Positions 48,039 through 58,825 of a DNA stretch of 64,000 nt are shown one piece after another. Under the pieces are notes generated by a model. That model was not told the DNA's origin. It made no database searches and worked only from the letters and a program-made list of their open reading frames with translations. The DNA lies in contig JAFUHI010000009.1 in the NCBI GenBank assembly GCA_017468925.1, positions 360,820 through 424,819 on the forward strand. The letters run 5' to 3'. This DNA is from Bacilli bacterium. Lineage in GTDB: Bacteria > Bacillota_I > Bacilli_A > RFN20 > CAG-826. The first letter of the stretch is position 1, and every line of letters starts with the position of its first letter. Both the position numbers and the translations under genes were made by a program.

Positions 48039-49422
48039 TTGTTGATTGTATCATATCGCTTTGCTTTTTGGACTTGAAATAGCCATAACGGTTTTTATAC
48101 GCGAATAAGAAGACGAAGGCTAATATTACCGACACAACCTCGGCAACTATGATTGACCACCAAATTCCTTCTCCCCCAAACCATAGAGGCATTATCAACA
48201 CAAAAACGATTTCACACACTAACGTTCTAACTAAAGAAGTAATCGCGGATATAAGGCCATTATTTAAGGCAGTGAAGAAAGATGATATATAAATTGAGAA
48301 GCCATTCACCAAGAAGGAGATGGAAAAGACCCTCATCGCCAAAGTGGAAAGTTCTATTAATTCATCATTACCTCTAGCAAATATCCTGGAGAAAAGATTC
48401 GCGCTGGCGAAAGACAATACGAACATTACAATTCCAGTAATCCCGATGATTATCATGCTTTTGGCGAACACGTTTTGTAATTCTTTCTTGTTTTTGGCGC
48501 CGTAATTAAATCCCACAATAGGAGCCATACCGATTGAATACCCGATGAATATGGCAACAAAAATAAAGGAGACATACATTATGATGCCATAGGCTGAAAC
48601 ACCATTGACGCCATAATATTTTAGAAGCTGAATATTGTATACAATAGACACGATTGAAGCGGATATATTGGAAAGAAATTCAGAGAAGCCGTTGCTTGAT
48701 GATTGGAGGAGTGGCCTTAAAACGAATTTGCATCTAGTCAAATGGATCAAACCATCTTTTTTGACAATAAAGTATATTAATGGTCCAACGCCACCGACTA
48801 AATACCCCAAAATCGTTGCAAAAGCCGCGCCAATTACGCCCCAATGGAAAACACCGATGAATAAGGCGTCCAATGCCATATTCGTTATCCCCGCGGCTAA
48901 AGTGAATATAAATCCTAGATTCTGTCTTTCCGCAACCACAAGGAAGCTCTGGAAGACATTCTGCAACATAAAGATGCTTTGGCCTAATATTAATATTTTT
49001 CCATAGATTATCGCTTGTTGGACCATCTCTTCAGATGTCCCTTCGGTGATGGAGCCCATCGCCCTAGATATTGGCTCAATGGAGAAGAACAATCCTATAG
49101 AAATGATGAGCCCTAACACAAAGTTTGCATATACGATTAAAGAGAATGTTCTTGAAGCTTCTTCGTTTTTCTTCTCGCCCAACAATTTCGATACCAGCGC
49201 GGAGCCACCAGTTCCAAACATAAACCCTATTCCGCCTACGATCATTATTATTGGGAAGATTAAATTAACTCCCGCGAAAGCGTCATTCCCCGCGAAATTT
49301 GAGACAAAGATGCCATCGACGATGGAATAAAGCGAAGTGAAAACCATCATGAGGATAGGGGATATTGTCATGAGGAGAATTTTCTTGAATGTGAAATGAT
49401 CAGATAGATGCGCTCTTTCCAT
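48019..49422 (-). CDS. MATE-family efflux transporter
   Basis: LYSIVDGIFVSN, GVIGAAFAT, GFNYGAKN; about 12 TM. Confidence 0.93.
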   Translation of the reverse strand: MERAHLSDHFTFKKILLMTISPILMMVFTSLYSIVDGIFVSNFAGNDAFAGVNLIFPIIMIVGGIGFMFGTGGSALVSKLLGEKKNEEASRTFSLIVYANFVLGLIISIGLFFSIEPISRAMGSITEGTSEEMVQQAIIYGKILILGQSIFMLQNVFQSFLVVAERQNLGFIFTLAAGITNMALDALFIGVFHWGVIGAAFATILGYLVGGVGPLIYFIVKKDGLIHLTRCKFVLRPLLQSSSNGFSEFLSNISASIVSIVYNIQLLKYYGVNGVSAYGIIMYVSFIFVAIFIGYSIGMAPIVGFNYGAKNKKELQNVFAKSMIIIGITGIVMFVLSFASANLFSRIFARGNDELIELSTLAMRVFSISFLVNGFSIYISSFFTALNNGLISAITSLVRTLVCEIVFVLIMPLWFGGEGIWWSIIVAEVVSVILAFVFLFAYKNRYGYFKSKKQSDMIQSTNDETIQ

Positions 49423-49532
49423 ATAATCGCCTAAATAGGCGATAGATAGGCTAGCAAAAATAATCTAATTAATCAACTTGGTCTTTAATTATATTTGATT
49501 GGTTCTTTCGTTTCTTCTATGATAAATGCGAT

Positions 49533-51671
49533 ATGGATGATTGTTTCTCATTAGATTTGCCAATTTTAAAAAAAGATGGTCGCATAAGCGAATGGGTTGA
49601 CGCTTTGATGCTAGGCAATGGGTTTTTCGGCGCCTTGCTTTATGGCAAAAATAAATTGATGTTTTCCTTGGATCGCATCGATTTATGGGACACTAGGCCT
49701 TATGAAGTATCCAAAAGAAAAGATTTCACTTTTGATTCGATGTTGAATTACATCAAAAACGATTGGGATAAATACATCGACGTTTTTGATAATTGTTATA
49801 ACTCACCATACCCAAGCAAATTGCATGCCGGCTCAATCGTTCTGGATTTAGAAATAGATGATGATACCGAATGGAGCCTCGATCTTAGTGATGGTAAATT
49901 CAAAGTCGTTTCTTCCGACTACAAACTGAATGGATATATAGACAAAAATAAAGATGTATTGGTAATCCTCGGCCTTCGTAAAGATATCAAGATAGATTTC
50001 TCAATGCCAGAATATTTGACAAGCAATGAAATCGATGGACCAAATAAAGGTCTTGGCTATGAAAAAACCTTATTTGTGGAGGAAGGGGACTTTTCTTATT
50101 CGGTCCAAAAAACGATAATCGATGGCTATTTTGGTATTGTTATATATAGGGCGGATAACGCTGCATACGTGACTGTTTATAAAGGGAATGATGATAAAAA
50201 AGCAATTGAAGAGGCTAAAGACTTATTGAAAGAATACCATCTCTATAGGAATTCGTTTCTCATTAAGCACATAGAAAATTGGAGGGAATATTATTCGACT
50301 TCCTCCATTTCTATTCCCGATAAAGAATTGAAACGCCAATACGATTTAGGAAGATATTTCTTTGGCTGCAATTCTAACCATGATTATCCCGTCTCTCTCC
50401 AAGGAGTGTGGACCAAAAACGATGGACAAATGCCACCTTGGAAGGGTGATTATCATGCGGATATCAATCTGCAGATGTCATATGAATCATATATGAAAAA
50501 CGGCAATTTCTTAGAAGGAAAAGTCGTCATCGATTACCTTTGGAGGATGAGACATAAATATAAAGAGAATGCCAAAACATTCTGCGAGACCGATGGATAT
50601 TTTATTCCAGGGGTAATGAGCATTGACGGACAAATACTAGGCGGTTGGCCGATGTATTCAATAAACCCTGCATGCGGCATATGGACCGCTAAAGCCTTTG
50701 ATGACTATTATAGATACACAGGCGATATAGATTTCCTAAAAGAATACGCTTTCCCGTTTTTAAGCGAGGTGGAGAAAAACATCTCTGGATTGATGGAAAG
50801 GTATGGAGGATTGCCATTCCATTCCTCACCAGAGCTCGGCGATAACTCTAAGGATTCCATCTTCTCAACACAAAGCAATTTCGAGACTGGCTTATTGAAT
50901 TATTTGTATAGAACGTTAAGCGAATATTGTTCAATCCTTGGAATCGAAGATAAATATAAAGATAAGAAGTGGGAGTATTCCATAAACGATAAAGGCGAGA
51001 TGCGCATATGTGAAAGCAAAGATTATAGCGAATCCCATCGACATTTCTCGCATATTTTATCAGAGAAAAACCTTGAGAATCTCACCCCTTTTGAAAATTA
51101 TGACCAGATTTGCAGGGATTTTGCGGTTTTGGAAAAATACGGTACATCAGAGTGGGTGGCTTTTTCCTTCACTGAGATGAGCCAGTTTGCAAGTTATATA
51201 GGCAAAGGAGAAGAGGCGTATAAATATTTAGATATTTTCGTAAAAGCCTTTGTGAATGATAACGGCTTCGACATGAATGAGGATTTCAAACATCTAGGCT
51301 ATAGTGAGATCAGTTCACACGCCTTCACACTTGATGCCGACATCGCTTTTGTAAAATCCATAAACGATATGCTTTTAGGGACGGTAAGAGGAGTAATTTG
51401 TTTATTCCCAGCGATACCCCAAAAATGGAAAGATGAAGGCGTTTCTTTCACTAATTTAAGAGGCTTCAATTCAACGATGATCAGCGCTTCCCACAAAGAT
51501 GGAATCCGTTTTGAGATCGTGAATCCACTCAATAAACCGATAAAAATTTACAACAATCTAGGCGAGACAATCAAACTTGAAATAGATGGTCAAATCAGAA
51601 CGATAAACGCAAAACTCGGTGACATAATTGAATTGGAAGGTTGCAAAATAGTAAGGCGTGGCGCAATGTGA
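49533..51671 (+). CDS. GH95-like alpha-L-fucosidase/galactosidase
   Basis: LMLGNG, LQGVW, PPWKGDYHADINLQM, SSPE, HRHFSH, LFPAIP. Confidence 0.85.
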   Translation: MDDCFSLDLPILKKDGRISEWVDALMLGNGFFGALLYGKNKLMFSLDRIDLWDTRPYEVSKRKDFTFDSMLNYIKNDWDKYIDVFDNCYNSPYPSKLHAGSIVLDLEIDDDTEWSLDLSDGKFKVVSSDYKLNGYIDKNKDVLVILGLRKDIKIDFSMPEYLTSNEIDGPNKGLGYEKTLFVEEGDFSYSVQKTIIDGYFGIVIYRADNAAYVTVYKGNDDKKAIEEAKDLLKEYHLYRNSFLIKHIENWREYYSTSSISIPDKELKRQYDLGRYFFGCNSNHDYPVSLQGVWTKNDGQMPPWKGDYHADINLQMSYESYMKNGNFLEGKVVIDYLWRMRHKYKENAKTFCETDGYFIPGVMSIDGQILGGWPMYSINPACGIWTAKAFDDYYRYTGDIDFLKEYAFPFLSEVEKNISGLMERYGGLPFHSSPELGDNSKDSIFSTQSNFETGLLNYLYRTLSEYCSILGIEDKYKDKKWEYSINDKGEMRICESKDYSESHRHFSHILSEKNLENLTPFENYDQICRDFAVLEKYGTSEWVAFSFTEMSQFASYIGKGEEAYKYLDIFVKAFVNDNGFDMNEDFKHLGYSEISSHAFTLDADIAFVKSINDMLLGTVRGVICLFPAIPQKWKDEGVSFTNLRGFNSTMISASHKDGIRFEIVNPLNKPIKIYNNLGETIKLEIDGQIRTINAKLGDIIELEGCKIVRRGAM

Positions 51672-51783
51672 AAGCATGTAAAGCCTACATTTCCGCCAGA
51701 TGCATTAACCAATAGTTGTTTGGCTAATCGAATACTTGATTGCTAATATTTATAACATTAAAATTAAGCATATATACGTCAAC

Positions 51784-52680
51784 ATGAAATTTTTTGAAGA
51801 CTTTCGGTTCAAAAGATCGCTGAGGGATAAAGTTGCTCAAAGCAAAAACGAAAAGGCAGTGATGATTGTCATCTGCGTTTTGATGTCTCTTTACGCTTTG
51901 TCTTTGGTTGTCCCTTTTTTCTTTTTGGTGATTAATTCATTCAAAGATGATTTGGAATGGCTTAACAATCCTCTTGGTTTTTCTACCAAGCCAACCATAG
52001 ATACTTACATTTTTGTATTCGAGGAGCTTAGGATTAATGGTGTTGGATTAGGCGAGATGTTTTTGAATTCCGTCCTTCTTTCGGCGGGATTGACCGTTTT
52101 TTCTATGGCGTTGACTACCGCTGCGGCCTACGTTCTTGCTAAATATCAATTCAAAGGAAACAAGCTAATCTATTCCATCGTCTTGATAAGCTCTATGTTC
52201 CCGACTATTGCTGCATTGCCTGCCACATATCGATTTATGCAGCAAACTCATTTGCTAAACACATATATTGGTATGCTATTGCTGCAAGGCGGTGCTTTCG
52301 GAGGTGCTTTCCTATATCTTCACGCTTATTTTAAGCAAATACCTTGGGACTATGCTGAATCAGCAATGATAGATGGAGCAAGCGACTTTAAGATTTTTGT
52401 TCGCATAATGATTCCTCTAGCGAAGAATGGAATCATTACTTTCACAATAACAAGATTCCTCGGATTCTGGAATGATTATTGGTATCCTTCCTTGTTCTAT
52501 AACGAGCATCCGACTTTGGCGGTTGGTTTGTCCTTGATCAATGAATGGGCGTTCCATCAATTGAGATATACCGAAATGTTCGCGGCGATGGTCATAACCA
52601 TCATCCCGGTTTTGGTTTTCTACGCCATATTCCAAAAGCAGTTGCTATCAAATACGGTTGATGGAGGAATCAAATCATGA
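51784..52680 (+). CDS. Carbohydrate ABC permease (MalG-like)
   Basis: ESAMIDGAS, WNDY, GGIKS. Confidence 0.92.
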   Translation: MKFFEDFRFKRSLRDKVAQSKNEKAVMIVICVLMSLYALSLVVPFFFLVINSFKDDLEWLNNPLGFSTKPTIDTYIFVFEELRINGVGLGEMFLNSVLLSAGLTVFSMALTTAAAYVLAKYQFKGNKLIYSIVLISSMFPTIAALPATYRFMQQTHLLNTYIGMLLLQGGAFGGAFLYLHAYFKQIPWDYAESAMIDGASDFKIFVRIMIPLAKNGIITFTITRFLGFWNDYWYPSLFYNEHPTLAVGLSLINEWAFHQLRYTEMFAAMVITIIPVLVFYAIFQKQLLSNTVDGGIKS

Positions 52681-53615
52681 GCGGATCATTTACCCCAAAA
52701 ACCAAATGGAGAAAGAAGCAACTTGTTTTTGTTTGGCTTATGCTAGCCATCCCAATCCTTCAGTTCCTTGTTTTCTTTGTCTATGTAAATATCGATTCAT
52801 TTATTATCGCTTTCCAGAATTTTGATTACACAAACCAAGTTACTGAATGGACTACGGACAATTTCCGTTTCTTTTTTGCGGATCTGACCCAAAAAGAAGC
52901 AATAAAAACCGCGATGTTCAACTCGTTGCTGGTTGGACTAAATGACGCAGTTCTCGTCATTGTCTCCGCAATGCTTGCCTATTTCTTCTTTAAGAAAGTT
53001 CCTGGAAGAAATATATTCAGGATTATATTCTTCCTCCCATCAATTATCTCGATTGTCATATATACGATGGTGTTCAAATACATGTTCAGCGCTGACATGC
53101 ACGGTTTGATACCGGAAACTTTGATGGCGTTTGGTGTTCCTGAGGGTGATTTGCCATTATGGTTCTCTGACCCATGGTTAGCGAGATCGCTTATCTTGAT
53201 ATATTGTTTATGGGTTGGAACTGGCTATAACATCTTGATTTTAGGCGGATCGATGGCGAACATTCCAAGCGATGTGATGGAATATTCAAAACTAGAAGGA
53301 GTATCGATGTTTAGGGAATTATTCCAAATTGTCATCCCGATGATATGGCCAACCATTTCAGTCGCATTTATCGGTTCAATCTCGGTCTCATTCACCTTAT
53401 TTATGCAGGTGAACCTCATCACAGGCGGTTTGCCTCATCTCATCGATGGGTCGGGCGGGGCGACTGCGACAATATCTTTCCTTGTCAACTCAATGATTGG
53501 CAGCAATAGGGAGCGGGCTGCAGCTTATGGTTTATGTTTCACCGCCATCTCTATCCCAATCATTTTGATTGCGAGAAAAATAATGGACGTTGTAAACAAG
53601 AAATTAGGTTTCTAA
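52677..53615 (+). CDS. Carbohydrate ABC permease (MalF-like)
   Basis: EYSKLEGV EAA-like loop; paralog of 24920-25876 (YVN.DSF). Confidence 0.9.
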   Translation: MSGSFTPKTKWRKKQLVFVWLMLAIPILQFLVFFVYVNIDSFIIAFQNFDYTNQVTEWTTDNFRFFFADLTQKEAIKTAMFNSLLVGLNDAVLVIVSAMLAYFFFKKVPGRNIFRIIFFLPSIISIVIYTMVFKYMFSADMHGLIPETLMAFGVPEGDLPLWFSDPWLARSLILIYCLWVGTGYNILILGGSMANIPSDVMEYSKLEGVSMFRELFQIVIPMIWPTISVAFIGSISVSFTLFMQVNLITGGLPHLIDGSGGATATISFLVNSMIGSNRERAAAYGLCFTAISIPIILIARKIMDVVNKKLGF

Positions 53616-53636
53616 TAGATTTAAGGAGGAATTTCT

Positions 53637-55898
53637 ATGAAAAAGATGAAATACGCTTTAAGCGCTATCGCGGTAATGGCTGCAGGATTAAGTGTCGCTT
53701 TGGCTTCAATTCAACCAAATCAAGCAGATGCTGGAAGCAGCAGGAAACTACTAATAGACGAATCGTTCAACGATGTAAGATATAGCGGCTCCTACAACAG
53801 CAATATCTGGGATTATAGTGGTTCTGCCGATGGAATAGTTCAAAGCACCAGCACAAACGTCTATTTGGAAGCTCCTGTCAATAAAACGCCAGGCGATACG
53901 TTTTATTTTGGGACTGTTGTCAAATTGGAGAATATCGAATTTGTTCAATTCGATTTGATGATAACCACCTCGAGAGATAGAGATAACTGGGTTGGCGTTA
54001 ATTTCATAAATGGAGCAATAGATAACGCAAATCTAGCAGATTATACATACGAATTCCCAATCTCATTCACCGCCGAAACTCTCAACACTTCGCTTACATC
54101 AACATTTGTTGGTGAAAGAAGCTTCAGCTATCAATTCGGTGAAAGCAGCATGCAAAACAAATGGTTTACCTGCCGCATTACTCCGACAAGCGATTTATCA
54201 GCAGAGATATTGCTTGCAAAGCAAGGCGGAGAATTCGATGAAGCAAAGAAAATCGTTTGCACGTTCGATTCCTCTCACCAAGACCGCTCATTCAAAAACG
54301 CTTATGTCGGTTTCCAAGCTTGCAATCCTAATCCAGGATACTGCATCGATAATATTCACTTCAAAGAAGGTGGTGAGGGCGGAAATGAAATCACAGAAGA
54401 TTTCACTGATAACATAATGTCAGAAGAACTTGGTTTCTATTCGTTAGAAGGAAGAGCGACCACATATTCAAGAAACGATAACAACTATCTTACCTTGAAT
54501 GGGGCAAGGGCTAACGACAAATTGATTAGCAAAGCGATTGTCCCGGTTGATGAATCGGTTGCAGAGGATTTTGTCATTTTCGATGCCTCTTTCAACGTTA
54601 AAATCCCTTCATCTTCCTCGGGGGAAGCCGCTTTTGCATACGCCATAAAGAACCAAGCTGCCATAACCCAAGATTCATCGATGATGGTGTTTTCTTCCTC
54701 TGGTGCCACCTTGCGTAGATTCGTTAATGGGGAGCAAACCAGCGATGATTCGCATAATCATGTCTCCATTCCTTCTATAAGCAGCCAAGAAGGCGCGAAT
54801 ATATACATCAAGGTAAGAAAGACTGGCACGCTTGTTCTTTCTGTTAATGAAGAAGAGGTTGCCACATTAGATGAAATTGAAGGATATGCTGGAAAATTAG
54901 GCTTTATCGCTTTATCCAATATCGATGACGATATTAGATTTGATAATCTTGTTGTCTACCATTCGACCTATTATGTGCCTGTGACTAAATCAGTAACCCA
55001 CAATTTTTCCAACAATTATTGGGGGAATGCAGGCCATGAAGATTTCTTCATTGCCAATAACGGTGGCGGCTCGATGCGAGCGGAAAATGGGAGACTCAAG
55101 TGGAGTGGCTGCTCCGATGGCTCTTTCTTTGGATCCGCCCATCAATATGATGAATTCATAATGGATTACAAAGTCTGCTCGATATATGTTGGGACAGATG
55201 ATGTGAGGGAGCAGCAAAAAACCAAGGTCGGTTGCTGGCTCGGTTTGGACTTCTCCAGAAGCTCCTTGACCAAAACTGAATACGGAACCTTTGGCAATTA
55301 CTACATTTTGATCAATAGCCCTCGCGACTATGATAATGTCTATTTCTATAAGCAAAGCGGCTCACCATATGATGAAGATATCGTCAAAACCAAGCAATAT
55401 AAGCAGATACCTGCCTCTTTATTCAACGCCTTGCATTATGACGATGTAAGGACCATGAAAAGCGATATCAAGGATGGCGACCATGTATGCGTAAGATGGG
55501 TTTCTACTGGTAATACATTGTCTTTATATTTAAAGAAGGCCAGCGAGCCAACATTTGATTTGTATTTCACCGCGACGAATGTCGAACTAAATGGATATTT
55601 CGCCTTATGCTGCACAGGCTTCACCTACCTTGAATTGGATGATTTCTCGATGGCTAATACTTCACCAATCTATGTCTGCGCGGATAATGATGTTCCTGAA
55701 ACCGTCATCGAGACCGAGACGATAACGATCTATGATGACGCTAATGTCGACGTCAATCTCGATGAAGAGATTAATTTAACAGGAAAAGGCGGATGTGGAG
55801 GTGCGATTGTAGCATCGGGAATTGTTGCAGGAATTGCGCTCATTTCCGTCGGTGTTATCGCATTTGCCCGCAAGAGAAAGGGGGATAGAAATGAATAG
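53637..55898 (+). CDS. Surface protein with lectin-like beta domains and a C-terminal GGC-TM-basic sorting signal
   Basis: Sec signal; beta-rich body; ends GKGGCGGAIVASGIVAGIALISVGVIAFARKRKGDRNE. Confidence 0.78.
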   Translation: MKKMKYALSAIAVMAAGLSVALASIQPNQADAGSSRKLLIDESFNDVRYSGSYNSNIWDYSGSADGIVQSTSTNVYLEAPVNKTPGDTFYFGTVVKLENIEFVQFDLMITTSRDRDNWVGVNFINGAIDNANLADYTYEFPISFTAETLNTSLTSTFVGERSFSYQFGESSMQNKWFTCRITPTSDLSAEILLAKQGGEFDEAKKIVCTFDSSHQDRSFKNAYVGFQACNPNPGYCIDNIHFKEGGEGGNEITEDFTDNIMSEELGFYSLEGRATTYSRNDNNYLTLNGARANDKLISKAIVPVDESVAEDFVIFDASFNVKIPSSSSGEAAFAYAIKNQAAITQDSSMMVFSSSGATLRRFVNGEQTSDDSHNHVSIPSISSQEGANIYIKVRKTGTLVLSVNEEEVATLDEIEGYAGKLGFIALSNIDDDIRFDNLVVYHSTYYVPVTKSVTHNFSNNYWGNAGHEDFFIANNGGGSMRAENGRLKWSGCSDGSFFGSAHQYDEFIMDYKVCSIYVGTDDVREQQKTKVGCWLGLDFSRSSLTKTEYGTFGNYYILINSPRDYDNVYFYKQSGSPYDEDIVKTKQYKQIPASLFNALHYDDVRTMKSDIKDGDHVCVRWVSTGNTLSLYLKKASEPTFDLYFTATNVELNGYFALCCTGFTYLELDDFSMANTSPIYVCADNDVPETVIETETITIYDDANVDVNLDEEINLTGKGGCGGAIVASGIVAGIALISVGVIAFARKRKGDRNE

Positions 55899-57336
55899 CA
55901 AAAGAACGATAATTCTTCTCGCTTCTTTAAGTGCTCTTCTTTCTTCTTGCACCGGTTCTTCCAATGCAAGACTAGAGGCGCCAACCTTTGAAAAGGCATC
56001 AAGCCCGATGCATTTCACGGCCTATGCCTGCCCCACGGTGGAGAATTGGTCAGGCACCTCAAATAATGTCAATTGCGCTACCGAGGAGCATTATAGAAAA
56101 CTTGCGGAAGCGGGTTTCACAAAGGCTTTGGCTTTATACGAAGGAGCGCCAGGCGGAGCAAGAACAACCGCAGAGCATGTTAGAAAATCCCACGCTGCAG
56201 CAGAGCAGGACGCTATGAAAATTCTTGAGCAGGCCGAGAAATTCGGAATCAAATATTATGTCAGGGATTGGTCTTTCTATGGATTAGTCAAAAACTATAG
56301 CGACATCACGACCAAAGAACAATATGAAGAAATAATCCGCAGTATGCTGCATGAAGATAATCCGTATATCAATTCTCCTTCTTTTCTTGGAAATTATGGC
56401 CATGACGAACCCAATTATGATGAGCTTGCAAAAATAAAAGACCAGGTTGAGATATACAATCGCGTGATGAAGGAGCTTGGAAAAGAAGGGGCAGAGTGTG
56501 TAATAAACCTTAACCCCTCTTATGTTTCCGGCGCTGGATTGAATTTCCACACTTATAGCGAATATGTCGATTATTATTTCGAGAACATCGCCCCGTTGGT
56601 GGGGTATGGCTCTTTTGATTTCTATCCCTTCCTTTTTGATTACGTAGATGGAAGCTATATGAGGCAGATGTATCTATATAACATCGAGCTTTTCGCTAGA
56701 AAATGCAAAGAAGGCGGATATGAGCTTAGATCTTATATTCAAGACAAGGGTGATTTCACCGGAACGAGGGATATGTGTGGAATAGGCGATTTTAGATTCC
56801 AGATCTACACTCTTATGGCTTTTGGAGCGAGGGATATAACCTATTACACATATTCAGGCGAAGAAAGTGAAAGCGAAGGTGGTTTCGCTTTGATGAATTT
56901 CATGGATGGGACATATAATTGGACATATGATTTGGCTAAGAAAGTCAATAATGAGGTTCATGCGTTTGAGGATGCATATCTATCTTATAAGTGGGACGGT
57001 GTTATGTATAAAAATGCGAATATCCTCATTGATAATCAGAATTTCGCCAACTTGGTTGATCCCTTGGAATCACACGATAGGGTATCTTTTGGCGATGTAA
57101 GCGAAGATACGCTTCTAACCTCGTTTAAAAACGATGAGGGAGATGATGCGTTTATGCTGGTCAATTTCACCGATCCATATTTCAAAAAGAGCGACACAGT
57201 CACTCTCAAATTCAATAACGCAAGAGGCCTATTGATGTATCGCATGGGGCAAAAAATGGTAGTGCCTTTGAATAATGGCGAATACACCTTCAAACTTTAC
57301 CCAGGCGAAGGAAGATTTATCATTCCAATCAAATAA
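55891..57336 (+). CDS. Putative TIM-barrel glycoside hydrolase lipoprotein (GH42-like, unassigned)
   Basis: Lipobox LSSC; HDEP, SFDFYP, RFQ...AFGARDITYY; related to 40888-42066. Confidence 0.65.
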   Translation: MNSKRTIILLASLSALLSSCTGSSNARLEAPTFEKASSPMHFTAYACPTVENWSGTSNNVNCATEEHYRKLAEAGFTKALALYEGAPGGARTTAEHVRKSHAAAEQDAMKILEQAEKFGIKYYVRDWSFYGLVKNYSDITTKEQYEEIIRSMLHEDNPYINSPSFLGNYGHDEPNYDELAKIKDQVEIYNRVMKELGKEGAECVINLNPSYVSGAGLNFHTYSEYVDYYFENIAPLVGYGSFDFYPFLFDYVDGSYMRQMYLYNIELFARKCKEGGYELRSYIQDKGDFTGTRDMCGIGDFRFQIYTLMAFGARDITYYTYSGEESESEGGFALMNFMDGTYNWTYDLAKKVNNEVHAFEDAYLSYKWDGVMYKNANILIDNQNFANLVDPLESHDRVSFGDVSEDTLLTSFKNDEGDDAFMLVNFTDPYFKKSDTVTLKFNNARGLLMYRMGQKMVVPLNNGEYTFKLYPGEGRFIIPIK

Positions 57337-57362
57337 TCTATAATTCTAGGAGGAGAAAATAT

Positions 57363-58766
57363 ATGAAAAACGTCAAAGGAATATTATTAATGACCGCTCT
57401 ACTATCTTCTGTAGCGGCTCTTTCCGCATGCGGAAGCAAAGAAGAAGAGGTGCAAGAAGGAAAGACATTGCTTAATTTTGAATATCTTCAAGCAGGTTTT
57501 GGCGACGCCCCATATCAGGCTCTTGCCGAAGCTTTTATGGCGGAGCACGATGATGTTTTGGTGAAGCTTAGACCAAATAAAGACATCAACACCACGACCG
57601 CCTCCCGCTTGGAGACAAAAAACAATATGTCTGATATCTATATCGTTAGAGATGTATTGGAAATTCAAAGATGGGCCGCCAAAGGCTGGGTTCATGATTT
57701 AAAGGACGATGTTTATTCCGCGAAGATAGATGGGGAAGAGACATTGATGGATTTGATGGATGAGGATGCTTTGGAATATTCCAAGGTAAACGACCATTTC
57801 TATTCAGTTCCTGAATATTACAACATCGATGGTTTTGTTTATGATGCGGCTTTGTGGGAGAAAAACGGCTGGGAAGTGCCGACAACCACTAAAGAATTAG
57901 AAGAGCTTTGCTTGAAAATAAAAAGCGATAGCACTGTCGCCCCAATCGTTTATTGCGGCGGGCCTAATTCCGCAGACGGATATTTATATTTCGCCACAGA
58001 TGGTTGGATGACCGCCTTTGAAGGAAGGACTAACCTCAAGAGATTCTATGCCTTTGAATCGCCCGATGTATTCAAGCCAGAGAATTCAAGAGGCAAGTGG
58101 CACGGATTAACAAACCTCAAAACATTCTTCTATGGCGATTATGTCATGGCGAGATCGCAAGATAAAGACTTTATGACCGCTCAAAAAGACATAATAGACG
58201 GGAAAGCCGCCATGATGTTAAACGGTTCTTGGTTCATCAATGAAAACAAAAGAATGCTGGATGTCAATCCAAAAGCCAACATGAAGATGTTCAAGGTGCC
58301 TGAGGTATCCGATAGCAACAATGTCAAATTGCGCGCAGAAGGTTATGCGACTGTGACCGGAAAAGAATTAATCTGCGCCGACGTAGGTGCATCATATTTC
58401 ATCCCAGAATACGCCCCACATAGAGATTTAGCCGTCGAATTCCTCAAATTTATCAATAGGCGTTCCAGCAGCGTTCTCTACACTTTGAATTCCAATGCCC
58501 CAAGGCCTCTTGATTACAATATCGATCCGACTTCGGAAGCATATAAAGACATGACTGATTTCGGAAAATCAGTTTTGGATATCGTAAGAAACAATGAACT
58601 ATTCCTCGCGTTTTCAAAAAGTCCATTAATGTTAGAAGGACATGTTGGATTGTATGCCAAAGGAAGAAGGGAATCTTCAATCTATCAGAAAATGACTCCA
58701 GATGAGGTTTTGGAAGACGAATACAATTACGTCTTGAATAACTGGGATTCCTGGACTAAAGCCTAA
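57363..58766 (+). CDS. Carbohydrate ABC substrate-binding lipoprotein
   Basis: Lipobox LSAC; FYSVP, W.VPTT..EL, GKAAMMLNGSW. Confidence 0.9.
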   Translation: MKNVKGILLMTALLSSVAALSACGSKEEEVQEGKTLLNFEYLQAGFGDAPYQALAEAFMAEHDDVLVKLRPNKDINTTTASRLETKNNMSDIYIVRDVLEIQRWAAKGWVHDLKDDVYSAKIDGEETLMDLMDEDALEYSKVNDHFYSVPEYYNIDGFVYDAALWEKNGWEVPTTTKELEELCLKIKSDSTVAPIVYCGGPNSADGYLYFATDGWMTAFEGRTNLKRFYAFESPDVFKPENSRGKWHGLTNLKTFFYGDYVMARSQDKDFMTAQKDIIDGKAAMMLNGSWFINENKRMLDVNPKANMKMFKVPEVSDSNNVKLRAEGYATVTGKELICADVGASYFIPEYAPHRDLAVEFLKFINRRSSSVLYTLNSNAPRPLDYNIDPTSEAYKDMTDFGKSVLDIVRNNELFLAFSKSPLMLEGHVGLYAKGRRESSIYQKMTPDEVLEDEYNYVLNNWDSWTKA

Positions 58767-58786
58767 TAGATTATTTATGCAAAATC

Positions 58787-58808
58787 GCTCCAGAAATGGG
58801 GCTTTTTT
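58787..58808 (+). terminator. Terminator between convergent genes
   Basis: GCTCCA-GAAA-TGGGGC followed by TTTTTT. Confidence 0.7.
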
Positions 58809-58825
58809 GATTTTGAAAATCAAGT

